64,000 nt of DNA from Octopus bimaculoides (GCF_001194135.2 NC_068981.1:22213792-22277791); one strand, 5' to 3'; shown: positions 1-12,021, counted from the first letter of the stretch. The notes: generated from the letters alone by a model not told the origin. Numbers and translations are program-made.

Positions 1-89
1 AGTTAGTGGAATAGTTTCATTTTTAAAGTGAAAGTATTTGACATGAGTGTTTTTGTTTCACTTTTGACACGTAATACTTAAATAGTGGA

Positions 90-285
90 AGAGATATTAT
101 GTTGCCGTGTGCTCGAACTCTGCAAGAAGTTAATAATTTTTTTTGACTAAAACACAACTGGAACCCTAAGTAAGGCATGTGTAAAATTTGAATGAAATTG
201 GTTGTGTAGTTCTCGAGTTTTAGGGATTCACACAGACAGACAGACAGACAGACAGACACACATTCTCATTTTTATATATAGAGAT
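90..285 (+). mobile_element. Non-autonomous Helitron/Helentron-like (DINE/Lep1-type) element fragment
   Basis: 'aaatttgaatgaaattggttgtgtagttctcgagtt' followed by a (CAGA)n microsatellite and a 'tttatatatagagat' end, the layout typical of these elements. Confidence 0.55.
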
Positions 286-1189
286 TACAGCTTTGAGCTT
301 AAGTATTAAGCAATTTGTTTTCATATTGGCTTTTAGTTACCTTATTGACAATTGGTTTCAAATTTGAATGGAGACAAAGAAGTTCCCTAACCAAATCTTC
401 CCCAAATCACATCTTAGCCACTGAAAAAAAAAAGTAAACATTAGGTAATATAGTTCTAGGTACACTGTGACTGAAAATATTGGATAGTCACAACTAGATT
501 GGGATTGTCATTTTGATTATAAATCTGTTTTATCTGTTTTACCATGGTGGCTAACCAACAACATAAAGTCCACAAGTGAGACAAATAAAACAAAATAGCT
601 TCCACAGATGAATAAATGAATATAATTATAAAACAATTAAAGAACAGTATAAATAAACAGTAATTTGCTTAGCACTTACTTAATCTTCCCGGTTAGATCC
701 AGTTGTCAGCCAAAACCTAGTAAAGAATGTACCACTACCATTGTTAGGCAGGGATGGCTAGGCAGTTTACATCTGTCAGGTGCCTATGGAAAAAAAGGTA
801 GTTTGGTGCATAAGATTAAGACGGTCAAGGATAAAGCCTTACCTCTCTGGTCAAATCCTTTTCCTAAAAAGTGAGCAAGAGCATTGTGTATGGCTTTGTT
901 GAGTGGACCTGCTCTGAACATATGGATGCTGTAGGCCTGTAACACCCAACTGGTCAAAGACTGATGGTAACCAGGACCATATAAGATCTGTAGGATTTTG
1001 CGATTGGTCAGAGGGGGCTGTTCCTCTTTTGAGACACTTTTATAAATAATTCATTGCATGTTTTTCTTTTTTGTTTCTCATGCCTCTCTTATACTCAACT
1101 TCTTTATAGCCTTAGATTCTCTGGCATCTCATCGCCTCCTTCATACTTTCTTTCCAGTTACTTACACTGTCCTTATATAATGATGGATA

Positions 1190-1563
1190 GCCATGCATCT
1201 CTTCTATAGTATGGCACCTGGACTTGTCTCTCTGTCATACTCAAGCATCTCAATATCTGGCATTAAACCATTCCCCATCTTAAACACTCCCCTACCCCCA
1301 CCCCACTTACTTGAGGGGGCTTTTTCCTTTTCCTATTCTTTTCTTATCTGGCCAGTTAGCATCCCCATTAGCACTGGTGTCACATAAAGTGCCCAGTACA
1401 TACTGTAAAGTGGTTGACATTAGGTAGGGCATCCTATTGTAGAAACCATGCCAAAGCAAACATTTAAGCTTGCAGCAGTCCTGTGACTCACCAGATTCTG
1501 TCAAACTATCCAACCCATGCCAGCATGGAAAACAAACATTAAATGAGGATGAGGATAATGATG
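1190..1563 (+). mobile_element. Old RTE LINE 3' tail
   Basis: 'gtggttgacattaggtagggcatcc...gtagaaac...aacccatgccagcatggaa' core ending in a degenerate (GAT)n tail. Confidence 0.7.
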
Positions 1564-2276
1564 CTTGTTTTGTACAATCACTGTAAGCCATCACTTCCTA
1601 CTCATCATTTTGAGATTTGTCCATGTAATATTCTCTATTTGTTGTCCCTGTGGCAGTGAAAGAAATCATTATTATAACTATATAACATTTTAAGGGATGC
1701 TGATGTTAGAGAGGTATGAAAAAAACTATTGAAATCTATAAATAGTAAGATAGTGAGATTAAATAAAAAGATAATCTACTATTGCTATCAGTATATTATG
1801 GTTTATTAAGTACAGATTTGTTAGAAGAGCAATTGAGATATTTCACATTACTAGCTCTATTGGACATTGTTTTCAAATGTTTGTACGAAAATGTTTATGA
1901 TTAGAATATATTGAAGTAGACTGAGAATTGAAGTACATGTAACTGCTAGTACAGTATATTATTCTACATAAAAACAAACACCACTCCTATTTCATTGGGG
2001 AGTGAGTAAGATGAAAAAAGTCATCTGTAAAAGTACTTGTTCTGACAATTCCTAAGCAAATATCTATGATTACAGGGAATGTTGAATGCAAAAACTACTA
2101 AAAAAAACAAAAAAAGCTTAATGAATCATGTCAAGTTAAAAGTTTATCTTTTCAGTCCCTCTTTCCATTTCATTTTTTCCTGTTGTAAAATATTGACTAA
2201 ATCACTACATCTCAGATAATAAATAGACATGGAGAACTAGATTCAACCTATTCAATACAATTATCATTATTATACA

Positions 2277-2480
2277 GTTGGCAGAATCATTAGTCTTTGA
2301 CAAAATGCTTTGTGATATTTTTTCCAATTTTCTTCATCCTAAGTTCAGTTCTCAATGGGGTCAGCCTTGCTTTTTGTTATTTCAGAGTTGATAAAATAAA
2401 GTACTGGGATTGAAGGTATTAACTAATAAATAATGTAATAATGAACTTTCCCTCAAATTTGCTGGCCTAGTGTCTAAACC
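2277..2480 (+). mobile_element. Degenerate tRNA-derived SINE (family C)
   Basis: 'tggcagaatcattag' head and 'ctcaaatttgctggcctagtg' tail, similar to better-preserved copies at 35875 and 58562. Confidence 0.5.
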
Positions 2481-2524
2481 AGAAACAATTATAGGGTTAC
2501 CTAATCACTATCCCTTTTATTGAA

Positions 2525-2748
2525 ACTTAAGCACTGGTACAGGTGCCACATAAAAAGCACTGGTACAGGTGCCACGCAAAAAGCACCCTGTGCACTCTGT
2601 TACTTGTTGGCATTAGGAAGGGTATCCAACTGTAGAAACCAAGCTAGAATAAAATAAGGAATCTGGTGCAGCCCCTGGCCTTGTCAGCTCCTGTCAAGCT
2701 GTCCAACCCATGTCAACATGGAAAACAGATGTTACATTATGATGATGA
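2525..2748 (+). mobile_element. RTE LINE 3' tail with a 26-bp tandem duplication
   Basis: 'aagcactggtacaggtgccac' unit twice (2529-2554, 2555-2580), then 'ggcattaggaagggtatcc' and an (ATG)n tail. Confidence 0.75.
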
Positions 2749-2971
2749 AGCTAAATGATGCTGCCATCATCATTATTTTTTCACTAAGATCCCCACTCTA
2801 CCCCCACCATTATTGTGTGATCTGTGAGGTCTTATTTAATAGTTTTGCTTCATATTTTTATATATCTCAGCCTCAGTGCTTCCCCAGCTTGTCAAAAAAT
2901 TAGTTGAAATATTTGAAGTTTCTATTCAGAATATTTTTTTATTAATTTATGCTGATAATATTGAAATGTAA

Positions 2972-2983
2972 TATTTTCCAGGT
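2972..2983 (+). promoter_or_regulatory. Splice acceptor for the zinc-finger exon (exon starts at 2982)
   Basis: 'tattttccag|gt', with AG at 2980-2981. Confidence 0.6.
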
Positions 2984-3115
2984 CTGGCTCCTGAAAATGC
3001 AAAGCAACTAACTGCTGATGAAATGCTGCAACTAAAATTATATTCTGTGATCAAAGGTAGATATCAATTTCTTCGCAAAGCAAAAACAGGCAAGAAGTTT
3101 ATTTAAGCAAACAAT

Positions 3116-4459
3116 ATGGAAATGGATTTGAAATCAAAAATATTTAGCTGTGGAATATGTAAAGAGACCTTTTCTTTGACTAAGGAACTAAGTGCACACA
3201 TGAAAATACATTCAAAAGAAATAAAGCCTTTTAAATGTAGAATATGTGGGAAAAGTTTTACAAAGAATTTTCTCTTAAAAGTTCACACGCAAAAACACAA
3301 TGGAAAGCAGTTTCATTGTAAAGTATGCAATAAAGGATTTTCAGAAAACTATAACTTGAAAAATCATATGCGACTGCATACTGGTGAGAAACCTTTTCAT
3401 TGCACCGTATGTAACGAAAAGTTTTCAACAAATTACTTTTTTAAAAAACACATGATATTGCATACTGGAAAAAATCCTTTCCAATGTAAAATTTGTGATG
3501 CAAACTTTTCATCTAATTATCTTCTTAAAAAACATGCCAGAATTCATCCGAGTGAGAAGGTATTTGCTTGTGAAATATGTGGTAAAGACTTTTTTACAAG
3601 TTACTTGTTAAAAAGGCATGTCAGGGCACATACTGGGGAGAAACCATTCCGCTGTGAAATTTGCGACAAACTATTTTCTACAGGGTATCTTTTAAAAAGG
3701 CATCTTTGGGGACACACAGGAGAGAGACATTTTTACTGTGAGATTTGTGGAAAAGATTTTGCATTTTGTGAATCATTAAAACGACACTTGAAAACACATT
3801 ATGATGAGGAACGATACTCCTGTGAGATATGTGGGAATGATTTTGCTACAAATTATTATTTAAAATGCCACTTGAGGACGCATTCTGGAGAAAAACCTTT
3901 CCACTGTGAAACATGTGGGAAAAATTTCTCTTTTGGTCAGTCTTTAGCAAGACACATTCGAATACATACTGGTGAAAGACCTTTCCTTTGTTCAACATGT
4001 GGGAAAGATTTTTCTCAATATTCTCAATTAACAAAGCATACAAGAACACATACTGGTGAGAAACCATTCCATTGTGAAATATGTGGTAAGGATTATTCTG
4101 GAAACTGTGATTTAAGAAATCATATGATGGTTCATACTGGTGAGAAACGGTATAATTGCAGGTTTTGTGGAGAAAAGCTGTCTACATACTATTACTTGAA
4201 AAAACATATTAGATCACACACTGGAGAGAAACCTTTCCGTTGTACAATTTGTGGAGAAACCTTCTCCTCTAATTACTTTTTGAAGAGACATAGAATGATA
4301 CACACTGGAGAGGAAAGCTTTGTCTGCAATGTATGTGGTAAAGAATTTTCATATAATGAATCATTAAGAAGACACAAGAAAACTCATAAAGGAAAGGAAG
4401 CGCTTGCTAATAAAGATTCTTGTAAAAGTTTATCTGTGAAAGAGAATATGAAGGTTTGA
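3116..4459 (+). CDS. C2H2 zinc-finger protein, 15 tandem fingers, no recognisable KRAB/SCAN/ZAD effector domain
   Basis: 447-aa ORF with 15 intact CxxC...HxxxH units and TGEKP-type linkers; strong ATG context (A at -3, G at +4). Confidence 0.95.
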   Translation: MEMDLKSKIFSCGICKETFSLTKELSAHMKIHSKEIKPFKCRICGKSFTKNFLLKVHTQKHNGKQFHCKVCNKGFSENYNLKNHMRLHTGEKPFHCTVCNEKFSTNYFFKKHMILHTGKNPFQCKICDANFSSNYLLKKHARIHPSEKVFACEICGKDFFTSYLLKRHVRAHTGEKPFRCEICDKLFSTGYLLKRHLWGHTGERHFYCEICGKDFAFCESLKRHLKTHYDEERYSCEICGNDFATNYYLKCHLRTHSGEKPFHCETCGKNFSFGQSLARHIRIHTGERPFLCSTCGKDFSQYSQLTKHTRTHTGEKPFHCEICGKDYSGNCDLRNHMMVHTGEKRYNCRFCGEKLSTYYYLKKHIRSHTGEKPFRCTICGETFSSNYFLKRHRMIHTGEESFVCNVCGKEFSYNESLRRHKKTHKGKEALANKDSCKSLSVKENMKV

Positions 4460-4699
4460 AAAGCAATTTTATTTTTTAAACGAATACAACTAAAGTTGAC
4501 ATCTACAATATTGACTTTGAACATCATGATGAAAAGTCAATGAACTGTAACATACATGCCAAAGACGTTTTTAGTTTTTGAATAGAGCCTGATGGAGCCA
4601 CTTTCTAACAGTGTGATACCTGAAGTCTTCAATGAATTTTGTTTTCACTATCCGTGTTAGACAAAATTTGGTGTTTTCTTACCTCAAGTAAGACTTTCA

Positions 4700-5700
4700 A
4701 TATGCCTTAAGGAATAGCTTTGACTGACTCCAACAATGTACTTGATTAGCTCTTCCAGTGTATGTGTTGTCTAGGAGGAGCCAGCTCATGGTTTGGCCCT
4801 GTATGTTGTTGTTTCAGTTTCTTTGATCCTTGGAGCTGGCTGGTCACATATCTCAATTCCATCTATCAACCTTTCACTACCTTAGTATATCCAACCACAA
4901 TAATCACTATGTCCAATCCTTCCTGTCCTCCAGAATATCATCCTGCTAGTTGCTCTTCCCCATTCATGTCTCTCCTGCAGGTATTGACTTGCAATGCTTC
5001 TAACAGAACATTAATGACATCAATCTCACCAGTTTCAGAGGGCCTGCAAGGGTCACAGCTTCTACTCCTTCCTCTAGACTCTTAAAGTAAAAAAAAAAAG
5101 TTAAAAAAATAAAAAAGAGAGAGAGCCAAAAGAGTATTTCTTTCAGCTTCACCTGTTGTGAAACCTGGTGTAGCCTCTAAGGTAGCACCAAACAGGTATG
5201 CTGGAATATATCTGTTGGGATGTCTGCCAACATTCTAGCATTCTCAGATACTATACATGTGATACACAGGTCAAGCAAAGTATTAAAAGGTTCTACCCTT
5301 CACAATGATTTGGGTCACATTCAACATAGTTCTGAAGAAGTGAGGTAATCCAATTTATCTGGATCAATCATTCAATACGTGGCAACATACCAGAAAAATA
5401 CCCCAAGGTAATTTCCAAGGTTCAGTTCTCAATCCTGGAAGTCATGCTCAACAGATATGGGTGTTCTCTGAGCAGTGAATAGATCAACCTTACTTACAAA
5501 TGATCCACTTGTCCTTACAGTAACACTGAATGAAAGATTTCTGCTCATCCAACAGAGTTTCACTCTTGAGACTTTCCATGAATCTGTATATGAATGCTTC
5601 TCTGTAATTGATAGGGGTTTCCTTCCAGAAGGATTTCTTTCCAGAAGAGTAACCTTGATAAGGTGTCTTAATTTCAATTGTGAGAAACCAAGTATTTATG
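4700..5700 (-). mobile_element. Possible highly degenerate LINE remnant (L1/Tx1-like)
   Basis: Decayed coding-like sequence, GC-richer than its flanks, with no intact motif; tentative. Confidence 0.25.
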
Positions 5701-6416
5701 GTGTTTTTTTTTTCAACAATTTGAAAAACTTAAACATGCAGAAAAGTTATATTTTTATTGAAAATTAATTTGTTACTTCTTTCTTTCATTTGCAGTCAAA
5801 ATTTGCCAAAATTCTTTCTAACACAATGATATATATAAAGTAATAATTGATGACAGAAACCATCTGATTGTATACCTGTAGGGTAAACCATATACAAAAA
5901 TATTTCCTATTTTGAACAGCTTAATTCTACATGTACCCACCTTCAGAATATCAATATTTCATCATTTCTGTGTACAGGAAGTTAAATTGGAGAGAAAGAA
6001 GCTGACTATGAATCTGTGAGCTGTACAATGGAAACCAGGGACAAGGTGGAGAAAGTGGTATCTGTTATACATGTAGATTTATTTTTTTCACAACCTTGCA
6101 GACTTCCTCATGCATTATTGAAGCCAGCCTTTTATTAAAACCCATTTCTTATTCATATTGCTCCTATAATTTTCTTGGATATCACATCACATGGAAAACC
6201 TTTTTCATAGTTGCAGGTTCATTTCTTGAAAAAGGTTAATATTTAGTATTCCTGGCCAAAATATTACTTTTATTTTATTTAAACTCAAATAGGTGCCACT
6301 TCTCCATAACTGCTCAGTGGTTAACAGAGATGATGGTAACTGCTTGATTCAAGAAAGACATTAGACATCCCAGGAAGCCGCTGTATCATAAAATGGATAG
6401 GCTGCACAGAAATATA

Positions 6417-6643
6417 TTCTTTTATTCTTTTACTTGTTTCAGTCAGTTGACTGTGGCTATGCTGGAGCACCAGCTTTAAGGGTTTTTTAGTTGAAGAAAT
6501 CAACCAGGGACTTATTCTTTGTAAGCCCTTTTCTATTACCCTCTTTTGCTGAACCACTAAGTTACAGGGATGTAAACACACCAACATCGGTTGTCAAGTG
6601 ATGGCGGGGGAACAAACACAAAGACACATAAATATATACATAC

Positions 6644-6713
<70 letters not shown>

Positions 6714-6875
6714 ACATGCTTCTTTCAGTTTCTGTCTACCAAATCCACTCACAAGACTTTCGTCGGCCCGAGGCTACAGTAGAAGACACTTGGCCAAGGT
6801 GCCACGCAGTAGTAATGAACCCGGAACCATGTGGTTGATTAGTAAGCTACTTACTACACAGCCACTCCTGCGCCT
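6417..6875 (-). mobile_element. tRNA-headed SINE family A1 with internal (TA)n
   Basis: Head 'aggcgcaggagtggctgtgtagt' with A/B-box-like motifs, central microsatellite, and 'gaaacaagtaaaagaataa' tail; many copies in the window. Confidence 0.9.
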
Positions 6876-6899
6876 AAGAGTAAAATATATTTTATATGA

Positions 6900-8010
6900 C
6901 ACATTCTACCAGAGTCCGAAGTTTGAAAGTGTTTAGTTACAAAATATTAATTTCTTGATCAGCCGTTCAAAGGGAAAAGATCCAAAGATGGATATTTTAA
7001 CTGACATCATGCAAAAGAAAAGAAAACAAAAGATTTAAATAAGCACGTAAATTCTGCAGCCCATATCCAAGCTATGATAAACATGGAGGGAACGCCAACA
7101 GCGTTTATCCATAACAACTTCCGTGTCTTCTATTTTGCAAAATGATCAATTGAGGAAAACCTGTTACTATATCAATTCAATTGTTGATAGTGTGCATTTT
7201 TGTGGGGGGGGGGGGGGCAAATGAATTGCCTTTTCGAGGAAATGAAAATGAAGGTTTTGAGGATCTTTATTCGGAAGATGAGGTGCAGCCGTGCGGTCTT
7301 TTTATGAAATTATTCCAATACACATAAGAGAAAGACTCAAAGCTAATGGAATGTTGCAGCACGATTCCAAAAAATGCGACCTATACTTCGGCAGCAATGC
7401 AAAACGAAATCATCGAATTGTTGAGGAGGTACATTGTCAGCCTTGTTGATGAAATAAAATGTTCCGATGTTCCTTACTTCACGCCGAAATGTAACGGAAC
7501 GCGTGATTTGAGTAATATTGAAAATATTGCGATTGTTATTAGGTACTTGAAAAACGACAGGGTTCTGGAAAACTTAGTTACAATGCCAATTACTCAACAT
7601 TATGATGCTGAAACATTGGCCGACTTGTTAATTAAGGAATTAACCAACTTTGGCATTGATCCAAAGCGTATGTTGTCACAATGCTATGAGGGTGCTTCTG
7701 TGATATCTGACAAAATAGGTCGCATTCAAAGAAAGATTCAGAATCGACTTGAAAAACATATACTCTATGTTCATTGTCTTAATCATCAGTTGCATCTTGT
7801 CGTGGTTAACACAATAAAGCGGATTCCGGAGTTAGCTACGTTCTTCGACACCGTTAATATTCTTCATAATTTTATTAAACGGCCAAGGATAGCTAATCTC
7901 TGCAAAGGACTGAAATTGCCACATCTTATGGAGTATAGGTGGTCTGGTCATTTCAGTGCCATTGCTTCTGTAATAGAAAATCATTCCAAAATTAAAGTTT
8001 TGAAGTTGCG
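6900..8010 (+). pseudogene. hAT transposase fragment (Tip100/ZMYM1/THAP12-like, DUF4371 region plus part of the catalytic core), inactive
   Basis: Peptides KHVNSAAH, ANELPFRG, NATYTSAAMQNEII, GTRD, QCYEGAS, HCLNHQLHL and RW; TAA at ~7325, a G14 run, and D->N / D->E changes at the expected catalytic positions. Confidence 0.85.
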
Positions 8011-8049
8011 ATCTTTGCGATTTTTTTTTTTTTTTTCAGAATCGGAATC

Positions 8050-8937
8050 TCCATAGCCAAAAACGTTGGTTTCCGTAAAAAAAGATAAATAAATTGTGAG
8101 GGGTTAGGTTACGTCTCCGCAATGTGCGAAATGTGTTTTAGGGAAGCACATAACGCTGCAAAGTATTATTTACCTATCTTCGATGATATTTGCAATCCGA
8201 AAATTGGGTTATACCATAAGACTACAGAATTTTTGTATTTTTTTGTTTGGCTCCTTTAACCTATTTTGTGTGTTGTTGGCATTATGTGCGTCGTTTTTGC
8301 TATCATTGTTCTTTTGGGGTTTTGCTTATTTTTATCCCTATCTTTCCATTGTGTCTTGGGTTTTTGTGTTTTTATTGTTGTGTTTGTTGGTGTTTCTCGT
8401 GTTGTGTGTGTTTTCTACTTTTGGTGTGTGGGTATTAGTATTATGTAGAGCTTCACCAGGTGTGAACTTGATTTTTTCCTTATACTCGGTACCTAGCTTG
8501 TGCTTCATTGTAGTAAGGTGCATGTATGTTGAATATTGTCTCGTTGGCTGATAGGCGTGATATTCTGGTGGCTAAGTTCCTAACTATTTCTTTGGTTATG
8601 GATGGTGGATGATTGGACTTTACATCTTATGTATCTAAGACACTCGTTCGGTTTGTGGTATAGTTCGTACATCACTGTTTCTAAGTTAAAAGTAGCATCT
8701 AGAAAATTTACCTTACTGTAATTACTGTCTATGGTTATAGATAAGTTGAAATTTTAAAATAATTTGCGTAGTTTTTTCTCTATCTCTCTACTTTTACTTA
8801 AGTACAATTATCTATTACAAAAAGGGCATCGTCTCTGTATAGACCCCTCTCTATTTGGGGGGAATAGGGATTTGATGTGGAATAAGATGTAAATTCCTAC
8901 GATATCCGTAACCTGAGCTGAGTCGCTCGAACCGTAA
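8050..8937. other. Unclassified T/G-skewed, CpG-retaining insert with a 122-aa hydrophobic ORF (8183-8551)
   Basis: Composition differs sharply from the flanks; it joins abruptly to a truncated SINE A at 8938. Confidence 0.4.
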
Positions 8938-9390
8938 GCACACCAACATCATTTGTCAAGTGCTGATGGGCGGACAAACACTGACACAAAGACACACACA
9001 CACACATACACATACACGCACACAAACGACGAGCTTCTTCCAGTTTCTGTTTTCCAAATCCATTTACAAGGCTTTGGGTGGCCCGAGGCTATAGTAGAAG
9101 ACACTGAGATGCAGATAACGGTGGTGGTGATGGTGGTGTGCTGATAGGGAAAAGTTTTTTTTTTTTTTTGAACNNNNNNNNNNNNNNNNNNNNNNNNNNN
9201 NNNNNNNNNNNNNNNNNNNNNNNNNNNNNNNNNNNNNNNNNNNNNNNNNNNNNNNNNNNNNNNNNNNNNNNNNCTCACAAGGCTTTGGTCAGCCCAAGGC
9301 TATAGTAGAAGGCACTTGCCCAAACTGCTTTGCAGAGGGATTGAACCTGGAATCATGTAGTTGGCAAGCAAGCTTCTTACCACATATCCA
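8938..9390 (-). mobile_element. SINE family A, split by an assembly gap
   Basis: Same body, microsatellite and head as 6417-6875. Confidence 0.75.
9174..9273. other. Assembly gap (100 N)
   Basis: N run. Confidence 1.
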
Positions 9391-10861
9391 CATTTGTACC
9401 AACATGTTGGAATGTTTTAGAATTTGTTTTTAGCTTTCTGTTAGATTCCTTGTACTTCTTCTTATGTTGTTCATTAATCATTGAATTAATTTTGAATTTT
9501 TTTCACACCATTTACTAATGTGGTTTTGCACATAAGTCGAGGAAAATGTCTCATTGATACTGAGCCTCACAGATTATTCTGTTCTTGTTTCTCACATTTT
9601 GCATACTTCGATTCTTATCAACTTCAAAACAATCTGCCAGGCTTTTATGCTCTTCAAGGTTGGGGAGCCCACAACATCTTGCTGAAAGAGGATTCTAAAA
9701 ACATAGACCTCATTTTACTAGTGCTAATTTTACTAATTTTGGAAAACCTTTCCCCTAATCTTGAGAGCTTGCAAAGGCCATATAGGCTCAGCCAACTTCC
9801 TTCAAACACATTCAATAAAAATAAATAAATAAAAGGTGTTCCAAAAGGATCTCAGGTATAAAAACCCAACTCCTCACAAACCCTAGATTTAATATACATA
9901 GAAGAAGAGTTACTCTTAAATTATATACATCCAACACTTACTATGTCTAGCTGCTCTTACAGAAATCATACATACTTCATAATATTCTCTAGCCACTTCC
10001 AAAATAGCAGCCAACAACAGACAGAGCCCCTAAAAATAGCAGCTAAATCCCTCAAATCACTACTAGTTAACTTTAAAAGGAAGGTAATTTTAGATAGAAT
10101 ACGTCTGAAAACAGGATGGAAAGGGTTAATAACCTCTGTGAATCTTATGCAACTGGAACTAAGTTTAGTTTGTTAAGTAGAGTGCTGGTTGCTGAATATC
10201 AATATTTTGTCATTTCTCATCATTTCTATATATGGAAAGTAAATTGGAGAGAAACAGACTGGGCATGGATCTGATACTTGTGCACTGGGAATCAGAAACA
10301 AGATGGAGAAAGTGATAGGTATTGTAGATATTATTTTACAATATAATTTAATGTGTTTCCAGAACAGTATTTTAACATTTCTAATTTGTCTTTGTCAGAG
10401 AAGAAAAATTATAGACATCAGCTTCTTCAGTGTGTGTGTGTGAATAGTAATAGAATTTAAATGGGGCTGAGCTTGGACAATAAAATTGTTTTGTTGAAGA
10501 AGTCGGATTAAACTTTAGTAAGTTACATTTTATCGATGAAATCATTTAGAATATTATGTTTGCCAGTGCATAAGTCACACATTTTTATTTTTAAATGTAT
10601 TAAAAAATAACCTAGCATCTAATGCAACCATATAATTGATGGGAGACCAAGTGATGTAGACTAGGGAGCCAAGTCTGCGAGTTATAATAATTGTTACTAA
10701 TAATGAAATATTGAAAACAGTCCAAAATATCACAGTTTGTGAGCACAAACTTACAAAAAGCAGCTTATGGTGATGTGGAGAGGTCACATCATTTCATTAT
10801 ACCTCCTTTCCCAACAAACATACACCTCATATATATATATATATGTATATATATATATGTG

Positions 10862-10892
<31 letters not shown>

Positions 10893-10893
10893 T

Positions 10894-11226
10894 TCCCAAC
10901 CACATGGTTCCGGATTCAGTCCCACTGTGTGGCATGTTGGGCAAGTGTCTTCTACTATAACCTCAGGCCAACCAAAACCTTGTAAATAGATTTAGTAGAT
11001 GTGTGTGTGTGTGTGTGTCTATGTGTCTGTGTTTGTCCTCCACCACTGCTTGACAATGACTTGGTATGTTTATGTTCCCATAACCTAGTGGTTCAGCAAA
11101 AGAGACTAATAAAATGAGTATCAGGTTAAAAAAAATTAAGTCCTGTGGTCAATTCATTCAACCAAAAATTCTTCAAGGCAGTGCTCCAGCATGGCCACAG
11201 TATGATCACTTAAACAAGTAAAAGAA
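10894..11226 (+). mobile_element. SINE family A1
   Basis: 'cccaaccacatggttccggattcagtccc...ttgggcaagtgtc', (GT)n and the A1 tail. Confidence 0.8.
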
Positions 11227-12021
11227 ATTAATTATCTAAATGGAAATTCTCCAAGATAGATGAGAGAAATGTTACACTTTCATTTGCCTATCAGTTATTT
11301 TGCAATGAGTGAATGGCAACAAAAAACATCCTGATAGTTAATTGTGGTAACGCAATATGTCACAGCCAGAAATAAAAGTTTTACATTTTGTATAGCAATT
11401 CTCTTGGCCAATAAATAACTATAGAATTGATTTGAAAGAAGATAAAATTGAGATATGGTACTCCCATTCTCTAGTTTATATATGATAAATTTATGATTTC
11501 CAATATACTGTCACAACATTTTATTTATATGCACAAAATCATATATTTCCCTTACAAAACCACTTGAAAATATTCAACAGGTGTATTATGAAATATACTA
11601 AATTTGTTTTTTCTGCAAAATAAACTTGTACAATAGGGGTGTGCCTTATATGCTGGCAAATTTGGTATGTGACAAATTCCAACCATGATCATCACACATA
11701 GACCAATGTTGATAATGGCAATGCCAGTGGGCATGTGGTAATTAAGAGACCATTTTAGATGGAAAATAAGTACAATCTTATTTATAATGGAATATTTACC
11801 ATTAAGAGGGCTAAGAATAAGTTTGTTCCCAGAGTGTTTGATTGTATAGACCCATCTAAACTCTTTCAGATATCATGATTATTGTGTTTCTACATTTCGA
11901 GATATACTTGTTATGTTGTATTTCTGAGAACTATACTTAAGTTGTTTCATTCTTCTTCAGTGGACCAAAATGTCTGAGAGTTCGAGGAGGGCAACAAGAA
12001 TTGTGAGACTGGTCATCATCA

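Noticed and set aside
1695-1713. 19-nt AG/GT-bounded candidate exon upstream of the ZF gene
   Set aside because: In the phase needed to join 2982 it contains TGA; there is no other support.
4762-5768. ORFs 4762-5085, 5429-5677 and 5475-5768
   Set aside because: No recognisable domain; they lie in probable decayed LINE sequence or the ZF 3' region.
6591-6936. YIYIYI-type ORFs (also 10739, 42521, 43020, 45937)
   Set aside because: Translations of (TA)n microsatellites inside SINEs.
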